Origin: Monocercomonoides exilis PA203
Lineage: Eukaryota > Protista > Preaxostyla
Direction of reading: 5' to 3'
Assembly (NCBI GenBank): GCA_001643675.2
Contig: LSRY02000018.1
Span: 1,426,001 to 1,490,000 of the forward strand
DNA length: 64,000 nucleotides
The notes under the pieces were generated by a model. It did no database searches. It saw only the letters and a program-made list of their open reading frames with translations, and was not told where the DNA came from. Shown here piece after piece: positions 58,273 to 64,000 of this stretch (positions within the stretch are counted from its first letter, which is position 1; the number at the start of each line of letters is the position of its first letter). The position numbers were made by a program, and so were the translations under genes.

Positions 58273-61200
58273 CTTCTCCCTCTCCTTCCTCCTCCTCTCC
58301 TCCCTCTCTCTCATCACCTCTTTTCTGTCTGGTCTGTGTGGATGCAGCGGTGCCAGTCTAATTCTCCCTGTGCGTGACATATTCCCTTGTTGCAACACAA
58401 GCCCTGTTATTGACACTGGCTGCGTCTCATTCACAACTCTCTCTCTCATTTCATTGTTGATTGAAATTCCTGTTCCATTTACATTTCCTGTTATTGTTCC
58501 ATTCTCATTTTTGGAGTTTTTCTTTGAAAGTTGTTTGTTTGAGCGAGTCTCTTCGGTTTGTTTGTTTGAGGGTTCGCTTTCTTTTGCTGTTGAATGTTGA
58601 TTGGATTGCTGTGAAGAAGAAGACGAAGAGGAAGAGGAAGATGAAGATTGCAACGTTATCTGCTCTTGTTTATCTTCTTTAGCTGAATTCGAATTATCTT
58701 CTTGTTCTTCTTTCTTATCATTCTTCTGTGAAACATCTTCTTTATTCTCTTTTTCCTTCCCTTCCCAACATAATTCCTTCGCCGCCGGAATTTCCTTCGA
58801 GCCGTCCCAATATTCCGAAAGTGAGTACGCCGTGCTCCTTCGCTCGAGGCGCATCGGGGAATTATTATTCAACGCCTCTCCCACATTCTTTACGACAAGG
58901 GGAATATTCGGATCAGCAAAGACAGCAGAAACAGGCTCAGTTGGCGTGGTGACTGGGGAAATGACGTTGTTTGGGGCAGAAGAGGGATATTGCGCGGCGG
59001 GGAGGGGAATAAACGGAAAAACGGGGAGAGATATTTGTGATGGTTCGGAGAAACCTTCGCGATTTGTGGTTTGAGGAGACGGAGAATTGAAATGCTGCTG
59101 AGAGAGGAGAGAAGAAGGAGTATGAGGAGGAGTGGAAGAGGCAGAAGAGTTGAATGGAGAAGAAGCATTTTGAGAGGAAGAAGAAGAGAGTATTCGAATA
59201 GACTGTACAGCAGCAGACATAACAGCCGCCGCAGTTGTTCTGTCTGAAGGAGTGAGAGGGCGTTTCATCTGCCGGAAAAAGGACGGACGGAGTGGGGGAA
59301 TAAACAAGGGCGGCGGTTGAATTTGTTGCAGCTGTTGCCGGCAAAAGGAGGAATTCTGGGAAGAGGAAGAAGAGGAAGAGGAAGAGGAAGAGAAAGAGGA
59401 AGAGGAGAGGAAGGGGTTAATGCTGTTATTAAGATTATTAAGATTATTCATGTTATTATTCGGAATATTTTGATTATTTTGAGGGGAAGAAGAGAACATT
59501 CTCTGTGTGAGTGCTTGTGGGGGAGAAGGATGGGGTCCGCCACGAACGGGGGAATAAAGAGAGTTTAAGGGATCAAATAGAAGAGGAAGAGGGAGAGAGA
59601 GAGAGGAAGGGAGAGGGAGAGGGAGAGGAGGAAATGTGGATGAGAGAGAATGAGGAGAAGAAGAAAATGAAGAAGAAAATGATGATGATGAAGGAAGGGG
59701 AGGAAAGCCTTGTTTTGTTGGTGTGAGGGAAGAAGAAGGATTTTGAGAGGGAAATGAAGAAGATGCATTGGTTGTATTAATATTGTTATTATTGTTGTTA
59801 TCTTTGTTATTTTCTTTGTTATTTTGTTCGTTTGCATCAGAATTTGACTCAGAATCATTCATTTGATGAGATTGAGGTTGAGAAGAGGATGTATGAGCTC
59901 CTTCATTTGTTAATGTTGAAGAAGAAGAAGATGAAGAAGAAGATGAAGATGAAGATGAAGTAGAAGATGAAGGAGAAGAAGAAGATGTATAAGATGATGG
60001 TGATGTTATATTTGCATTTATATTATTGTTCTGTTTATTTGAATGGAGTTGTTCTTCATTCGAAGCGAAAGGCGAGGCAAAAATTGTTTCTCTGTTTGGA
60101 ACGAGGTTGTTTGTGGGTGTTGTTTGAGAGAAGAAGGATTGGCTGGTGAGTTCAAGATGAGGAAGAGAGGAAGAAGAAGAAAAAATTGAAGAAGAAGAAG
60201 AAGAAGGAAGAGAAGAGCGGAGGAGGAGGATGTTGCGAAGGGAAGAGATTGTTGTAGACATCGCATTGGCAATGAGAAGAGAGGTGTTTGAAGGATGTGA
60301 ATGAGAAGAAGAGGAAGAAGAAAGAGAATGAGGGTGAGAAGGAGAAGAAGAAGAAGAAGAAGTGGAAGAAGTGGAAGAGAAGGAAGCTGGAGGGAAGGAG
60401 GTATCGAATGGATTGAGAGGAGAAGAAGAAGAGGAAGAGGAAGAGGAAGAGGAAGAGGAAGAAGAAGTTGTTGTGTCAAATGGAGATGTGTGTGAATGTA
60501 ATGGTGTTGTTTGATTAGAAATAGAATAAAATGGATAAGAAGAAGAGGAGGAGGAAGAAGAAGAAGAAGGAAAAGGAGAAGAAGAAGAAGAAGAAGCGTG
60601 ATCAGAAGAGTGAGAAACAGGGCGACTCATTCTGCGGACAGACTCAGCGAGCGAATGAGAAGGAAGAAGGGAAATGCTGTGGGAGAGAGAATGAGAGAGA
60701 GAAAGAGAAGAAGAAGAAGAGGAAGAAGAAGCAAGAGAACGATGAGTGAATGGAGTCGATTGAAGTGGCTGAGGTGGAAGGAGAAGATTTTCGGGTGAAG
60801 ATGTATCAGATGTTGATGCTGTTGTGAATGGAAATATGCTATTTTGAAATGAGGTGTTGTTTAATGTGTCTGAGGCAAGAGGAAATGAAGAAAAGGAAGA
60901 AGAAGAAGAAGAAGAAGATGATGATGATGATGATGATGAATTTTCTGGTGAATTGTTCGTTTCAACTTTATATTCATTTGTTTCTTCTTTATTTGCTTCT
61001 CCTTCTTTTCCTCTTTCTCCTTCTTTTCCCTCTTCTCTTTCTTCTTTCTCTTCCTCATCCATCTTTTGTGGGAGAGAGACAAGTGAAAGTGTTGAGTGGA
61101 GTTTGATGTCTTCATATGTGGGACATAGTGACATATTCTTTTTGTTCACTTTTCTTTCTCCTTTTCCTTCTGATTGAGAAGAAGAAGAGGAAGAGGAAGA

Positions 61201-63799
61201 AGAGGAAGAAGAAGAAATTAATCTTTCTTCTTTTTCGTTTTCTTTGTTTTCTTTCTGTTTGTTTGTTTCATTAGAATCATCATCTGGCTGAATTGTTGGC
61301 AGTTCATGAATAATAACTGTTCCTTCTAAATCTTCATCACTTTCTTCTTCTTCTTCTTCTTTCTCTTTCTCTTCCTTATCATTATCTTTGCTTTCATTTT
61401 CTGTTAGTTCATCAGCTTTTTTCTTGTCATTACTTGCATCTCCTTTGTTCTCTTCCTTTTTCTTTCCTTCTCCTCCTTCTCTGTTTCCCTCTCCCTCATT
61501 CCCTATCATTCCTTCTCTTCCTTCCCTTCTCTCATTCCCTTCTCTTCTTTCCATTCTTTCACCCGGTTCCTTCAGCAGTGTTGCGTCCAGTACAATTGCA
61601 TCATCAAAGTAGCACAAGTCTGTTGCTGACTCCAAATCTGGTGTGAATGGGGGCACAACTCTTCTCAGTCTCTTCCACTCAATCTGATTGGCAGTAAAGA
61701 CAGGGTGGAAGCAGATGTCTGACACACCGTGACGGCCTAGACGGTGCTCGGGCTCGCAGATTAGTCTGAAACGGTAAGGAAAGAGAGAGAGAAGAAAAAT
61801 GGAGAGAAGAGAAAGCGAGAGAAGAGAGAAGAAGAAGATGTATTTGAAGTTATTTGTATGTAATGTTGATTTATAATAAAAAGAAAAATAAAAAAGAAAA
61901 ATAAAATTAGCACACTTTGTGATCAGATCCCACACCAAGTCCGAAATCCCCTCTTCTCTGACTAAAGTGTGCTTGAATCTGCTGATCTTGTTGAGCACAT
62001 CGTTGTCAGTGAGGGAGTGGAAAGGCGGATGCCCCGTCACCATCTCAAAGAGAATGCACCCCAAACTCCACCAGTCAGCTGTCTCATCATACCGCTCCTT
62101 CTCAAACACCTCGATGGCCACGTAGTCTGCAGTGCCCACACAGGACTCGGCAAACAGATGGCGGTGGGAGGAGAAGGTGCTGGAGAAGGAGGAGAGGGTA
62201 GCGGAGACTGAGGAGGAAGAGGAGGAGGAAGAGGAAGAAGAGGAGGAGGAAGAAGATGTTGAGGTTGAATAGAAATTGGATGGGAGAACAGGAACATGAG
62301 CAGTCATTGAGGGAGAAAGAGATGTTGTTGGCACACCCGATGCAGTGAAATTGGCTGTTTCTGTGTTTCTTTCAGATGTCTGCTGAAATTGAGGCAGCAA
62401 ATTCGGAAGTGTGCCTGTTGAACTGATGTTGTTGGCAACAGAGGAATATTCCATTGTTTCTGAACTGTTATTACTATTATGATTATTATTACAGTTGTTG
62501 TTGTTATCTTCTTCCTCCTCACTTGCCCCGTCTGACTCGTCTGAAGATGAATCCAAATCCACCCCGTCGTCTTCACTGCTTGACGACGCTGATATTTCTG
62601 GTTCTTCTCCTTCGTCTGCATTTTGCTTTGACTGGCCATTCTCTTCCACTGTATTTGCTGGCTGCTCTAATTTGTTGGCTGTTGAATTGCTTTCTGTGGA
62701 ATTGTCATTCAATTTGTGTGCGATATCTGATTTTGTTGTTGCCAAAGATGATGATTGCTCCAATGAAATATCATTTTTATCTGTGTTTGATTGATTTACA
62801 GACTCAACCTTCTTATCAACAGTATTAATATCGCTCTTATTGGTTTGTGTGTGTCTGCTGCTCTTGTGCTTCTTTCTCGTCCGATGCGATTTCGAGTGCA
62901 TCGTTCTGCTTCCGGTCACAAACAGAGAGGGGTCTCCTTTGCTCAGCCCGAAATCAGCCAGCTTGAGGCGCCCTTTGGAGTCGATGAGAAAGTTCGCTGG
63001 CTTCAAATCACGGTGGATGTACCCGAGCTGGTGGAGCGCATGCACACAGCAGACCATTTCGGCGAAATAGAAACACGCTACGTCTTCGTTCAGTGGAGCA
63101 GTGTTGCGCAAAAGGCATCCAAAATCACCTCCTTGAACAAATTCCTGATTCATTATTAATCAAACAACATTTAAAAAAATAAACAATCAAAATAATTGTG
63201 CCAAAAATAAATTCATATAGAATAAAAAACCATTGCAAGATAAATATAATCCGAATCTTGAAATGCAAAGTAAAGTTTCACAAGCCAAGGATTTCGCGAT
63301 GCTCCAAGTATTGCCCTTTCTGTTCGTAATCTAAATGCTTTATCTTTTGTATCAACTGTCTTCTTTTCAATTTTTTTAATTGCAACCAATAATCCTGTTT
63401 CAATATGGCGACAAAGGAACACTTGCGAAAAGGCTCCAGCTCCTAAAAGTGCAATCCATTCAAAATCACTTGGTTGTGTCGATGAACGTCGAAGTCTTAA
63501 ATATGCGAGCTCTTTTGCTTTGCACTCTTCAAGAAACCTTTTTTTATCTTCGTCTCTAAGTTGTAGTCTTTCAATAAATTTTTCGTGCCGCAAACGTCTC
63601 AAAAAAAAGTGAAAAAAAGAAAATGATTGTAATAAGAAATGAGATAAATTTTTTCATGAATAATCGCAAACCTAAGCTTTTTGTTATACAAGAAAAGCAG
63701 AAGATCTCTGTAATAATCCACGATGCTTTCCTTGAAAAGTTCCACCTTCTCTATTGTCTCTTTTGATGCACATTTACTAACAAGGCAAGTATCAAGCAT
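53110..63799 (-). CDS. NDR/Dbf2-family AGC Ser/Thr kinase with very long low-complexity insertions (about 3470 aa)
   Basis: N-terminal regulatory region (ESIVDYY...YLRLRR), GAGAFSQV, VAIKK, WLVKLYFAFQD, EFVQGGDF, HRDLKPANFLID, DFG, VGTADYVAIE, DWWSLGCILFEM, PPFTPDLESATDLCYFDD. Introns between the ORFs at 63599-63799, 63213-63602 and 53110-63153, plus one at 61766-61915. The start codon could lie further upstream. Confidence 0.92.
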
Positions 63800-64000
63800 G
63801 ACAAATTAAATTAGTTTTATTTTTTATAAAAGTATTTTAGGAAATCGTATTTAATTTTCGTTAAATGCTTATATGAACAAGAAAACGAAAAAAATTGATG
63901 AGTAAATAAATTATTAGGGTTGATCAAATTAATTCTTTCGGTTTCTCTTCTCTGAAAAAAATAACAATTTATGAATGAATAATTTGATGTATTAAATTTG

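Noticed and set aside
61766-61915. Transmembrane segment within the kinase domain, as shown in the ORF track
   Set aside because: Better explained as an in-frame GT-AG intron whose removal restores subdomain XI.

Overview
Eukaryotic, AT-rich genomic DNA with short spliceosomal introns (GT-AG, probably some GC-AG), proteins full of poly-Ser, poly-Glu/Lys and poly-Gln tracts, and the standard genetic code. The composition and gene families strongly suggest an oxymonad such as Monocercomonoides exilis (inference). Conserved genes I reconstructed by hand across introns: WASH complex subunit FAM21/WASHC2, an ENTH/epsin protein head-to-head with a divergent eIF4E, SPEF1/CLAMP, an ABCC/MRP transporter, a PPPDE/DeSI-1 + PUL-like protein and a giant NDR/Dbf2-type AGC kinase. 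Lineage-specific content: a 2593-aa single-pass receptor (beta-helix-like/Cys-repeat ectodomain, pseudokinase tail) with two decayed relatives, a tail-to-tail pair of orphan helical-protein paralogs, an eIF4A pseudogene and a long decayed ORF region. Most notable: (1) a perfect 143-bp inverted repeat (28528-28859); (2) a DeSI-1 homolog whose catalytic Cys is Ser and which uses a 10-nt micro-exon; (3) an NDR kinase whose candidate hydrophobic motif lies about 2,700 aa away from the rest of the AGC tail; (4) a paralog pair sharing an inverted non-coding 3' flank and differing by a GT/GC splice donor. No rRNA, tRNA, CRISPR array or transposase was recognised. All splice models are manual and unverified.
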